A DNA stretch of 64,000 nt, from contig JBDIWC010000003.1 in the NCBI GenBank assembly GCA_039794085.1, positions 72,152-136,151 of the forward strand, written 5' to 3'. This document shows, piece after piece, positions 31,060-40,388 of the stretch (its first letter is position 1; each line of letters begins with the position of its first letter). The position numbers and the translations under genes are program-made. The notes beneath the pieces are model-generated. The model was not told where the DNA came from, made no database searches, and worked only from the letters and a program-made list of their open reading frames with translations. The DNA comes from Gemmatimonadales bacterium (GTDB lineage Bacteria; Gemmatimonadota; Gemmatimonadetes; Gemmatimonadales; GWC2-71-9).

Positions 31060-32696
31060 GTCGTCTCGACTGGATCGTGGTGGCCGCGTATCTCGTCGGC
31101 ACCCTCTCCCTCGGCCTCCTGGTGGCGCGGCGTGGCGCACGGTCCCTGGCGGAGTTCTTCGTGGGCGGCCGCGCCATCCCGTGGTGGCTCGCCGCCACCT
31201 CGATGGCCGCCACGACTTTCAATGTCGACACCCCTTTGTACGTGGCGGGCCGGGTAGCGCGGGCCGGCATCGCGGGCAACTGGGAGTGGTGGGCCTTCGC
31301 CTTTGCCCACGTGCTGATGGCGGTGCTGCTCGCCAAGCTGTGGCGCCGGGCCAATGTCCTCACCGACCTCGAACTGACCGAGATCCGCTACGGCGGCCGC
31401 TCCGCCGCGTGGCTCCGGACCACCCGGGCCTTTCTGCTGGCTGTCCCCTTCAACGGCATCAGCATCGGGTATGGGATGCTCGCGATGCGCAAGGTGGTGG
31501 TGGCCCTGGGCCTCACCGCCAATCTTCCCGACCTCCCGGGGGATGACCGCCTCTGGGTCCTGATGCCGATCGTGCTCATCGTGCTGGTCTACACCGCGGT
31601 GTCGGGCCTCTGGGGTGTGGTCGCCACCGATTTCGTCCAGTACATCCTCGCCATGTCCGGTGCCGTGCTGGTGGCCTGGTTCGCCCTGAGCGAAGTGGGC
31701 GGCATCGGCGCCCTGGCGGACACCCTCCGGGCCCAGGGGAAGGGGAACTCCCTCGACCTGATCCCGACCGGGAGCGATGCCCTGGTGCCGTTCTCCACCT
31801 TCTTCGGGTACATCGCCATTCAATGGTGGGCGTTCCGGAACAGCGACGGCGGGGGGATGTTCGTGCAGCGGCTCTCGTCCACCCGAAACGAACGGGAGGC
31901 GGAGAAGGCGGCCCACGCGTTCAACATCCTGAACTACGTGGTGCGGACCTGGCCCTGGGTCATGGTCGGGCTGGCGGCTCTCGTCATCCTGCCCGGCCTC
32001 GAGGATCCCGAGCTGGCGTACCCGATGTTGATGGTGCGCTACCTGCCGAGCGGACTGCTCGGGTTGGTGTTCGCGAGCATGCTGGCGGCCTTCATGTCCA
32101 CGGTCAGCACCCAGGTCAACTGGGGGGCCTCCTACGTCGTCAACGACCTCTACGCCCGCTTCCGTCCTGGCCGGAGCGATGCCCACCTCCTCCGGGCCGC
32201 CCGCTGGGCCTCGGTGGGCCTCACCGTGCTCGCCGCCACTCTCTCCTTTTTCATGGACGACGTCGGGGCGGTGTTCCGCTTCCTCATCCTGATCGGCAAC
32301 GGGCCGGGCCTGGTGCTGCTGCTGCGTTGGTTCTGGTGGCGGATCAACGCCTGGGCGGAACTGAGCGCCATGCTCGCGGGACTCGTTCTGGCGCTCATGA
32401 CCTACCTGCCGTTTTTCGCGGACCTCACCTTCGGCCAGCGGCTCGCCATCACCGCCTTCGGGGCGCTGGCCGTGTGGGTGCCGGTGATGTGGCTCACCCG
32501 TCCCGAACCGGCCGAGGTGCTCGACCGGTTCTACGCCCGGGTCCGACCCGCCGGCTGGTGGGCGCCGATGGCCGCGCACACCGGGCTCGCGCCGCTCGAC
32601 TCCCTCCGGGCGGACGGGCGGCGATGGATCCAATGGTTGGTGGTGATCCTGGGCGGCACGCTGGGGACGGGGTGGCTGCTGCTCGCCTTTGGGTAA
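31056..32696 (+). CDS. Sodium:solute symporter family protein
   Basis: FFVGGR..PWW, SGLWGVVATD, AAFMSTVSTQVNWG; about 13 TMs. Confidence 0.9.
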   Translation: MSRLDWIVVAAYLVGTLSLGLLVARRGARSLAEFFVGGRAIPWWLAATSMAATTFNVDTPLYVAGRVARAGIAGNWEWWAFAFAHVLMAVLLAKLWRRANVLTDLELTEIRYGGRSAAWLRTTRAFLLAVPFNGISIGYGMLAMRKVVVALGLTANLPDLPGDDRLWVLMPIVLIVLVYTAVSGLWGVVATDFVQYILAMSGAVLVAWFALSEVGGIGALADTLRAQGKGNSLDLIPTGSDALVPFSTFFGYIAIQWWAFRNSDGGGMFVQRLSSTRNEREAEKAAHAFNILNYVVRTWPWVMVGLAALVILPGLEDPELAYPMLMVRYLPSGLLGLVFASMLAAFMSTVSTQVNWGASYVVNDLYARFRPGRSDAHLLRAARWASVGLTVLAATLSFFMDDVGAVFRFLILIGNGPGLVLLLRWFWWRINAWAELSAMLAGLVLALMTYLPFFADLTFGQRLAITAFGALAVWVPVMWLTRPEPAEVLDRFYARVRPAGWWAPMAAHTGLAPLDSLRADGRRWIQWLVVILGGTLGTGWLLLAFG

Positions 32697-32701
32697 ACTG
32701 T

Positions 32702-33328
32702 GTCATCCCGAGTGAAACGAGGGATCTGAGACCGCTGCAGGCGTACTTCACGTCGTCTGGATCCACGATGGTCGCATGACACCCTCCGCTGGGCGTTCTC
32801 GGCCTTGGTTGGTATTTCCCGGGGCTGACGCCCCTTGCTCGGCCAATTGAGGTGGCTGACGCCACCGGGAACCGCGACGAACCCCCGGATGGGCTGTCAT
32901 CGCGAGGCGGCGAATGGAAGTGTGAAGTTCGAAGTGTGAAGTTTGAAGAGTGACCAGGTGTCATCCCGAGTGAAACGAGGGATGATCTGAGACGCCTGGG
33001 CGATCTCGTGGGCGGAGGCCTGCGTCGGGAGACGATCGCGGGCCATCATGCCAAGACCGAGCCTGTTGGGTTCCGGCACGATGGCCGGCCTTGTGTCTCG
33101 CCGGGACGGCACGGGCTCACGGGATCGCCACGGGCCCCCTGTCGCGAGGAGGCGAAGCCGACGTGGCGATCCGGGCCCTCGCGATGACAGCGTTCCCCCT
33201 GCGGGCCCTCGCGATGACGGCCTCCATGCCAGAATCCGGCCGGTTCCTTCTGGTCTGCTGTACGATCACGCGGGATGAATCCCGCGCGATGCACCTTCGG
33301 TGACCTGCGCCGAAGCGCCGGACCCCCA
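32702..33328. repeat. Composite REP-like repeat cluster
   Basis: GTCATCCCGAGTGAAACGAGGGAT twice (32702, 32960), GAAGTGT/GAAGTTC heptamers, GTCATCGCGAG-family doublet. Confidence 0.85.
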
Positions 33329-33484
33329 TCCGGATGACTCCGCGAGCCGAACACTGAAGATGAAAACTGTTCATTGATCATTGTCCATAGATCAATGCGC
33401 CGCAAGGAGCGCACGCCGGATCCCCTCCTTTCACTCGGGGTCGGCCCGCTGTCCGCACACCGAACCGTGAGCCCTGGTCATTGA

Positions 33485-34036
33485 TCATTGCTCATTGATC
33501 ACCGCTCCCCCCGCACGCTGATAGATCCAGACCCAGGTACCCACCGCGGTCCAGATCGTCTCCCGAGTACCACTGACCGGGTAATGCTCGAATTCGGGTC
33601 CCGGGTTCCCTATAAGCGCTCCGCCCTCCGGAACGGCCTCGCGGTTGTCGGCGCGGGTGACCAAGGTATCCCCCACCCACCGGAACGTCCCGAACCGTTC
33701 GGGCCCCAGTTCCAACGTCTCGATGGTGATCCCGTTCCTTCTCCGCTCATACTTTGCATGGCCAAGAAAGGTCCCGTCGGGGAGAAGGGTGATGGTATGG
33801 AAGTTGACGATGAGCTCTGTCACGAGCGGCTCGCCATTCTCGTCTACCCCACCCGTCTTGAACATGGGCGCGGGCAGGGGGCGGCCGAAGATCGAGACCA
33901 GGTTGTAGACCACCGGTTCGGCCGAAGGCCCCGAGGGGGATGAGCAGGAACTGGTGGCCGCCCACAGGACCAGCACGGTGGCTAGAGTGCGGGCGGCTGT
34001 TGAACCGTGTACTGTTGGATATGTTCGCGGAGTCAT
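33485..34036 (-). CDS. Hypothetical lipoprotein
   Basis: Hydrophobic signal ending TSSC; starts 3 bp after the protease stop codon. Confidence 0.65.
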   Translation of the reverse strand: MTPRTYPTVHGSTAARTLATVLVLWAATSSCSSPSGPSAEPVVYNLVSIFGRPLPAPMFKTGGVDENGEPLVTELIVNFHTITLLPDGTFLGHAKYERRRNGITIETLELGPERFGTFRWVGDTLVTRADNREAVPEGGALIGNPGPEFEHYPVSGTRETIWTAVGTWVWIYQRAGGAVINEQ

Positions 34037-34039
34037 GGG

Positions 34040-35541
34040 TCACGATCCGGTGATGTTGATCCCGAAACCGGCGGGGATATCTTCGATTTCCGCCGCCACG
34101 GCGGTAATCGGGCTGAACACGCAGCCACTCCCCCAGTTGAGACCCACCGCGAAGATGTCGTTGCCACCGATCCCGAAGAACACTGGCCCGCCGCTGTCGC
34201 CTTTCAGGCAACTGTAGGTAGCTTGGAACTGGCAGAGCATCGTCCGGCCGGTATCAAATAGTTGTCCGAATTGGTTCTCCTCAAACTGGTTAAACATGGC
34301 ACAGGTCTGCTGCACCGTTCCCACCGTGTTCCCCGTGGTCCGCCCGACCTTCTGCACAGTCTGTCCCATCACCGCGTTTCCGTAGGAGAAAACCGTTCCG
34401 AAAACGCTGGCCGTGAGGCTCCCGACCGGGGGTATCGCCACCCGGCCATGATCCGAGTTGGCACTGGTGCCGTAGACGAACAGCGCGGCGTCGGAATAGC
34501 GGCACTGGCGCCCGGCGGGGCACGCTGGATCCGCGGCGCTGGTGAACGTCGGGGGATCGACGAGCTCGGTTCCGATCTGTTCGGCTGTCGAGGACTGGCC
34601 CATCGGCATCTGGGTGACCACGCCGAAATTGTCGGTGCAGTGGGAGTTGGTGAGGAAGTACCGGGCCGGGTTGGACCCCGCATCGGGACGCGCATTGTAT
34701 CCTAGTGTGCAGTTGAACGGCTGGCCTCCCAGGAAGAACTGGATCTGCATGCCGCCTGGCACAGGGCGCCGGGTGCTGGTGATGCTGAACGAGGTTCCGC
34801 CACCTCCGCCGCCGCCGCCACCCTCACACGGCTCGATCGCCGTCTCGGGGTCACACTCCGGGTCCGACTGGACCACGGCCGGGCGCGCCACGGCCCCCTC
34901 GAAAGGAACGATCTCCACTGCATCGGCCGGGATCCCGAGGCCGCTGAGCCGCGTCGTGATGGCGCCCCCGGTCGAGAGATCCCGCACCCCGATCACGATC
35001 CGGTTCCGCCGCTCGTCGATGTCGGTCATGGTGACCCCATCCGTTGCCCCCAGACTGGGAATGACTTGGCCGGTGTACCAGGCGCGCAGCTCCCGGAAGT
35101 CGTAGCGGGCCGCTATCGCCCGCATCGCCCCCACCTCGCCGGGAATCTGGCCGAGCCGCGCGGGGCTCCGGCCGGCCTGCCGCACCAAGAACGCGCTGAC
35201 CGGGGACCGTGCCGCGTCGGCCCGTCCGGTGTCCTTCAGCCGAACGGTGAGTGTCCCGTCGTCGTCGTAGTAGAGCCCTCCGAAGCCCGGGACTTCCCCG
35301 GCCAGGTCGCTGAACTCATCATCGAGGGTGCGGACCAGACCGCTGGCGCCGGGCTGTCCTGCGGTGTTGAAGGTGGGAGACATCGCGTCGTCGCTGGGGG
35401 CGACGGTTCTATTGTCGCAGGCGGTCAGCGCCAGCAGGAGGAGGAACGGGGCGGCGGCGAAGCGGCGTCCAACGCGTCCTGCGTCCTGCGTCCTGCGTCC
35501 TGCGTCCTGCGTCCTGCGTCCTGCGTCCACAGACGTTCCAT
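34040..35541 (-). CDS. Secreted S1 (alpha-lytic/streptogrisin-like) serine protease lipoprotein with pro-region; start ambiguous or frameshifted by a 7-bp repeat
   Basis: CTLGY, LTNSHC (His), SDAAL (Asp), KVGRTTG, GDSGGP (Ser); LTAC lipobox; in-frame GTG at 35530, out-of-frame ATG with RBS at 35541. Confidence 0.85.
35474..35528. repeat. Perfect 7-bp tandem repeat (GCGTCCT)7 plus a partial unit
   Basis: Counted directly; lies in the 5' end of the protease gene. Confidence 0.95.
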
Positions 35542-35576
35542 GGTGCACCTCACTTGTAAAAGTAGTGTACCTTACC

Positions 35577-35605
35577 ACGGTAGCAAATGGGATTGCCTCT
35601 GTCAA
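35577..35605 (-). promoter_or_regulatory. Sigma70-type promoter of the protease gene
   Basis: TTGACA-17 bp-TACCGT on the minus strand. Confidence 0.7.
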
Positions 35606-35624
35606 GAGAAACTTTTTGACACTC

Positions 35625-36150
35625 CGCGATGCACCTTCGGTGACCGGCGCTGAAGCGCCGGCCCCCACCCAGCAGCGCCGGGAAAGGGATTCGGATCGCC
35701 ACGGGTGCGCCGCAAGCAGCGCACCCACGGCTGGCGGGGAGGATCGGATGGCATCGGGGACCTCTCGGCCGTGTGAACGGCCGCACCGCCGAGCCCGGGG
35801 CGAGAGCCCCGGAGAGGAAGTGTGAAGTGCGAAGTGTGAAGTTCGAAGGGTGGTCGTGGGGGGGGGGGACGGCACTGCGGATCCGGGTGAGCACCCGGAA
35901 GGCTGTCATCGCGAGGCGGCGAAGCCGCCGTGGCGATCTCGTGAGCGAAGGCCTGCGTCGGGAGACGATCGCGGGCCATCATGCCAGGACCAAGCCTGTT
36001 GGGTTCCGGTACGATGGCCGGTCTCACGTCTTGCCGGGTCACTATCGGCTCACGGGATCGCCACGGGCCCTGCGGGCCCTCGCGATGACAACATTCCCCG
36101 CGCAGGCCCTCGCGATGACAACATTCCCCGCGCGGGCCCTCGCGATGACA
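35625..36150. repeat. Composite REP-like cluster homologous to 32896-33328
   Basis: GAAGTGT heptamers, GTCATCGCGAG doublet, three 30-bp tandem units ending CTCGCGATGAC. Confidence 0.85.
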
Positions 36151-36184
36151 CCGTTCCCCTGAAGGCCCACAAGCTGTTCACTGG

Positions 36185-37654
36185 TCATTGGTCATTGTCG
36201 AGCATCGCTCGAACGAAGCGTGCCGGCACCGCGTACAGAATCCGCCCCCCGGTGTCCGAGGCGCCCGCATACAGCACGCCGACCACCCGGCCATCCCCAC
36301 CGAACACCGGACTCCCGCTCGATCCCGCCGCCCCGTATCCATCGACCTGCAGCACCGACGGAAGGACGCGGCTCACCGTCCCCGTGAATAACGAGGCCAC
36401 CACTCCCGTCTCTTCCCATCGCGTCCCCATCGGGAGGTCCAGCCCGCGTGGAAAGCTGATCAGCACCACCGGCATCCCGACCGATGTGCCCTCTCCCGCG
36501 TCGTCCAGACCCCGGACCACCGGCACCCCCCCCGTCACGACCACCCGGAGCACCGCCAGATCGAGACTGTCATGCCGGGCCACGATTTCGGCCGGGAAGT
36601 TCTGGGCCGAACCGTGAAAGATCACCCCGGCCCGGCGGGCGCTTCGTCCCAGGGAGTCGGACACGGCGTGGCGACTCGTCACGACCCACGCGGTATCCCC
36701 GCTCCGGACCGCCGCGAACCCCGTCGCGGTCCAGGCCCGCCCATCCCGGAACTCGGCCACGACCAGGGCGACGGCGTCGATGTTGGCCTCCGCAACGCCG
36801 CGCGAGTCGAGGCCCGCCACGCCCAGCAGGGGAGCCCGCTCGGTCACCGTGCGGGACACCGCCGCCTCGAGGGAGTCGAACTCCCGGGCCGTGGCATTGT
36901 CCAGGGCGGCCGAGTACGCGCGCACCGCGTCCCCCACGGTCCCGAGCATCGAATCGAGCGCCGGAGTCCCCGTCTCCGTGGCGGCGATGATCCGGACCAG
37001 GCTGTCCACCCGGTGCAGGAGGTCGGCCCGCCGCGCCGCCTCGCTCCGGCGGGTGGCCACGACATATCCGGCGACACCCGTCACCAGCAGCAGCACCGCC
37101 GCGAGGGAACCCCACGTGAGGCGCCTCCACCGCACCGTCCGGCGCGCCACCTCGGCGTGGATCGCGAGGGGGGACCGGCCTGGGGCGCCGGACGCCGCGG
37201 GTGTCGTGCGGTGACGGATCGGGTCGGGGCGAACGGTGTCCGGTCCCCGGGTCTCGGCCGTGTCGCTGAGGATGCCGAGCTCCCCGGTGGCGTGGCGATC
37301 CCGCCCGGGGGAAGATGCGGCGGCTCGTCCGCCCGGCCCCTCCATGTCGAACCGGGTTTCGGGTCCGAGTGGTCCGAAGCGAATGACGTCGCCCGGGGCG
37401 AGCGGACGGTCATCCCGCACCCGCTCTCCGTTCACCCAGGTCCCGTTGGTGCTTCCCAGGTCGCGCACGAACCAGGTCTCGTCCTGCCGGAACAGCGCGG
37501 CGTGCCGGGCGGAGACGTCGAGATCCCGCGTGGGATCGAAGGCGATGTGAGACGACGGGTGCCGTCCGATGGTGACAAAATCGCAGGGGAAGACGACCGC
37601 GTCTCCGGCCCGGGCCCCCGACAGAATGGTGAGACCGGGTGTGGCGGGAGCCAT
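36185..37654 (-). CDS. FHA domain - TM - trypsin-like serine protease fusion
   Basis: FHA motifs IGR, VSARHA, DLGSTNGTWVNG; one TM; VTSRHAV, DLAVL, GSSGSP triad motifs. Confidence 0.88.
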   Translation of the reverse strand: MAPATPGLTILSGARAGDAVVFPCDFVTIGRHPSSHIAFDPTRDLDVSARHAALFRQDETWFVRDLGSTNGTWVNGERVRDDRPLAPGDVIRFGPLGPETRFDMEGPGGRAAASSPGRDRHATGELGILSDTAETRGPDTVRPDPIRHRTTPAASGAPGRSPLAIHAEVARRTVRWRRLTWGSLAAVLLLVTGVAGYVVATRRSEAARRADLLHRVDSLVRIIAATETGTPALDSMLGTVGDAVRAYSAALDNATAREFDSLEAAVSRTVTERAPLLGVAGLDSRGVAEANIDAVALVVAEFRDGRAWTATGFAAVRSGDTAWVVTSRHAVSDSLGRSARRAGVIFHGSAQNFPAEIVARHDSLDLAVLRVVVTGGVPVVRGLDDAGEGTSVGMPVVLISFPRGLDLPMGTRWEETGVVASLFTGTVSRVLPSVLQVDGYGAAGSSGSPVFGGDGRVVGVLYAGASDTGGRILYAVPARFVRAMLDNDQ

Positions 37655-37660
37655 CGGACC

Positions 37661-38686
37661 TCAGCCGGTGAGAAGAAGGAAGATCAGCACCAGGAGACCG
37701 AGAAAAACGACTCCGGCGGCCGCGATCGTGAGGGGCGACCCGGTCCGGCGCTGTGGGGGAGGGGCTTTCGGGCGCGGGGCGGCCAGATGCTCGTGGGTCG
37801 ATTCGGTCGTGCTCGCTTCCGCGTTCAGGATCTGATAGGCCACCGCGGACTCCGGGGGACCGGACAGGGCGGCGCCCTCGAAACGGGCCACGACCACCGT
37901 GATGTTGTCGGGTCCCCCGCGCTCATTGGCCGTCGCGATGAGCGCCTCGGTCACTCCTCCCAGTTCCGTCGTGTCCACGGTCACCGCGCGGGCGATCTCC
38001 TCCCGGCGCACCTGGCCTGAGAGGCCATCGGAACAGAGAACCAGGGTGTCGCCCTGGCGGAGTTCATGCCACGTCAGTTCCACCCGGATGTGGGGATCGG
38101 GGCCCAAGGCCTGCAGGATGATGTTCCGGCGCTCGCTCCGTTCCGCCTGCTCCTCGGTCATCTCCCCCGCGTCCACCAGGCGCTGGGTCAGGGACTGGTC
38201 TTTGGTCAACTGCACCGCCTCTCCGTCTCGGACCAGGTACGCCCGGCTGTCTCCCACCTGGGCCACGTAGAGAAGGTTTCCCAGGACCCCGGCCACGGTG
38301 GCCGTGGTGCCCATGCCCCGGAACTCGGGATGGGCCCCGGCATAGGTGTTGATCTGCAGGTTGGCGAGACTGACCGCTTCCTTCAACAGGAAGGTGAAAC
38401 GCTCGGGCGTCTGCTCGGCGTCGTGGGCCCACACCTGGGAGAGGTGTCCGAAGATCAGGTCCGCGGCCATGGAGCTGGCCAGTTCGCCCGCGGCGGCCCC
38501 GCCCATGCCGTCGGCCACGAGAAAGAGATGGCCCCGTTCTCCGACGGGCTCGGTCACAGCCACCGAATCGACGTGGGTCCGTCCCGTCGAGAGGTTGGCC
38601 ACCAGGAAGGTGTCCTCATTGTGGTCACGCGTCATGCCGGGGTCGGTCCGGGTGCTGATCGTGACGTAGAGATCGGGGGCTGTCAC
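37661..38686 (-). CDS. PP2C/Stp1-family Ser/Thr phosphatase with C-terminal TM
   Basis: R.HNED, VADGMGGAAAGE, VGDSRAY, LCSDGL, DNITV. Confidence 0.93.
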   Translation of the reverse strand: MTAPDLYVTISTRTDPGMTRDHNEDTFLVANLSTGRTHVDSVAVTEPVGERGHLFLVADGMGGAAAGELASSMAADLIFGHLSQVWAHDAEQTPERFTFLLKEAVSLANLQINTYAGAHPEFRGMGTTATVAGVLGNLLYVAQVGDSRAYLVRDGEAVQLTKDQSLTQRLVDAGEMTEEQAERSERRNIILQALGPDPHIRVELTWHELRQGDTLVLCSDGLSGQVRREEIARAVTVDTTELGGVTEALIATANERGGPDNITVVVARFEGAALSGPPESAVAYQILNAEASTTESTHEHLAAPRPKAPPPQRRTGSPLTIAAAGVVFLGLLVLIFLLLTG

Positions 38687-40260
38687 AGGCTGATTGAATC
38701 CCTGGCTTGGCGAGCCCGGGCCAGGAGATCCCGGTAGCGCGGTGTTGGGTTGAGGCGCATGGCGACTTCAAGGTAATGGATCTGGGCGTCGATCTGATGG
38801 TCCAGCCGTGCCTGTTCCGCGAGCCCGAAAGCGGCGCTGGCTCGCAGTGTGTCGGGAAGACTGGTATCGGACGCGAGGCGCAGGATCTGGCGCCGGGCGT
38901 TTTCGCGCACGGCCGGATCGTCGGACGTGATCGCCTCGGGGCTCGGGAGAGCGAGGACCGACCGGTCCTCTCTCCCCGGACCGCGGTCCGGTTCTCCTGA
39001 CCGGGTGGGCGCGGAGGGAAGGGCGGGGGGGTGCGTCGCGATGATCCCCGACGTGGGGTCTCCCGTGGTACCGTCAGCCGAGTCGGTGGCGTCCGGCGGG
39101 GGCGGGACCAGAGCATCACTCGCGGGATCGGTTGCCGCCCCGGGGCGGACCGCGGCCCAGACCGCAACCGAGGCCAGGGCGACGGCGACCGCCAGGCCCA
39201 CCAGAAGGCGTCGGCGCAATCGCCGGACCGGCTCCCCCCCGCCCCTCCCCCCCCCCCGGGTCAGGCGAATCGTCGGCACCTCGTGTTCCTCGGCCAGCGC
39301 GGCGGAGAGGGCATCGGCGAACGCCGTCACCGAGACATGCCGGTCCACCGGTCGCTGGGCCAGTCCCTTCCGCAACACCCTCTCCATCCCTCCGGGGATG
39401 GCCAGCCCGGGGGCCGCGTCGGCGATAGGCCGGGGAGGATGAGTGAGACGCCGGGTGAGGGCCTCCTGTGCCGTGTTCCCCACGAAGGGAAGGGCGCCGG
39501 TAAGCATCCGATAGCACACCAGCGCCAGGGAGTAGACGTCGGTGCGGGCATCGACCGGGTCGCCGGCGAGCTGCTCGGGAGCCATGTACTCGGGGGTTCC
39601 CAGCACCAGGCCGCCGTGAGTGATGTCCGGCCCCGCCGAGGGGTCCATCGCCTTGGCGATGCCGAAGTCGACCAGTTTGACGATCTCCGCCGGCGCCGGG
39701 GACGCACCACCCGGTCCCGTCCGATCATCCCCGGGCGCCGGGGCGAGGAGGATGTTGTCCGGCTTGAGGTCGCGGTGGACGATGCCGAGCGCGTGCGCGG
39801 CCTGAAGCCCCGCCGCGCACTGCCGCGCGATGGCCACGACCCGGGCGGGAGGGAATCGGGGGGTCGTCTCCAGGGCCTGGCGGAGCGTGACCCCCTCGAT
39901 GTACTCCATCGCCAGATAGAGACGACCGGTGGGGGTGACGCCGAAGTCGTAGAGGGTGCAGACGTTGGGGTGGGTGATGCGGGAGGCGTGCAGGGCTTCG
40001 CGCCGAAACCGGCTCGCCGAATCGGGGTGGGTCGCCTGGTCCGGACCGATCACCTTGATCGCCGAGACCCGCCCGATGTGGACATGGGTGGCCCGGTACA
40101 CCTCCCCCATGCCTCCGGTGGCGAGCTTGGCTTCGATCCGGTACCGGCCGTCGAGCACCTCCCCCGTCAGATCCGCCTTCCCGGGGAGGGGGGTACGGTC
40201 TCGCGAGCAGAAGTGCGCGTCGTCGGCGTATTCGGTCCCGCAGGTGGGGCAGGTCTTCAT
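38683..40260 (-). CDS. Hanks-type Ser/Thr protein kinase with N-terminal Zn ribbon and TM
   Basis: CPTC...FC; GGMGEVY, AIK, HRDLKPDN, DFGIAK, GTPEYMAPEQ. Confidence 0.94.
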   Translation of the reverse strand: MKTCPTCGTEYADDAHFCSRDRTPLPGKADLTGEVLDGRYRIEAKLATGGMGEVYRATHVHIGRVSAIKVIGPDQATHPDSASRFRREALHASRITHPNVCTLYDFGVTPTGRLYLAMEYIEGVTLRQALETTPRFPPARVVAIARQCAAGLQAAHALGIVHRDLKPDNILLAPAPGDDRTGPGGASPAPAEIVKLVDFGIAKAMDPSAGPDITHGGLVLGTPEYMAPEQLAGDPVDARTDVYSLALVCYRMLTGALPFVGNTAQEALTRRLTHPPRPIADAAPGLAIPGGMERVLRKGLAQRPVDRHVSVTAFADALSAALAEEHEVPTIRLTRGGGRGGGEPVRRLRRRLLVGLAVAVALASVAVWAAVRPGAATDPASDALVPPPPDATDSADGTTGDPTSGIIATHPPALPSAPTRSGEPDRGPGREDRSVLALPSPEAITSDDPAVRENARRQILRLASDTSLPDTLRASAAFGLAEQARLDHQIDAQIHYLEVAMRLNPTPRYRDLLARARQARDSISL

Positions 40261-40388
40261 GGCATCCCGATCCCCCAGGGGTTGCGCGGGCACGGGGACG
40301 ATCGCGCCGCGTCCGGGTGAACGGTGTCAAATGTACCGTTCCGGTGAAGTCGGGTCAACGAGCAGGATTGCCCTAAGTTGCAGCAAAC

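Noticed and set aside
35542..35875. N-terminal extension of the protease ORF
   Set aside because: Runs through the promoter and repeat DNA upstream of the RBS.
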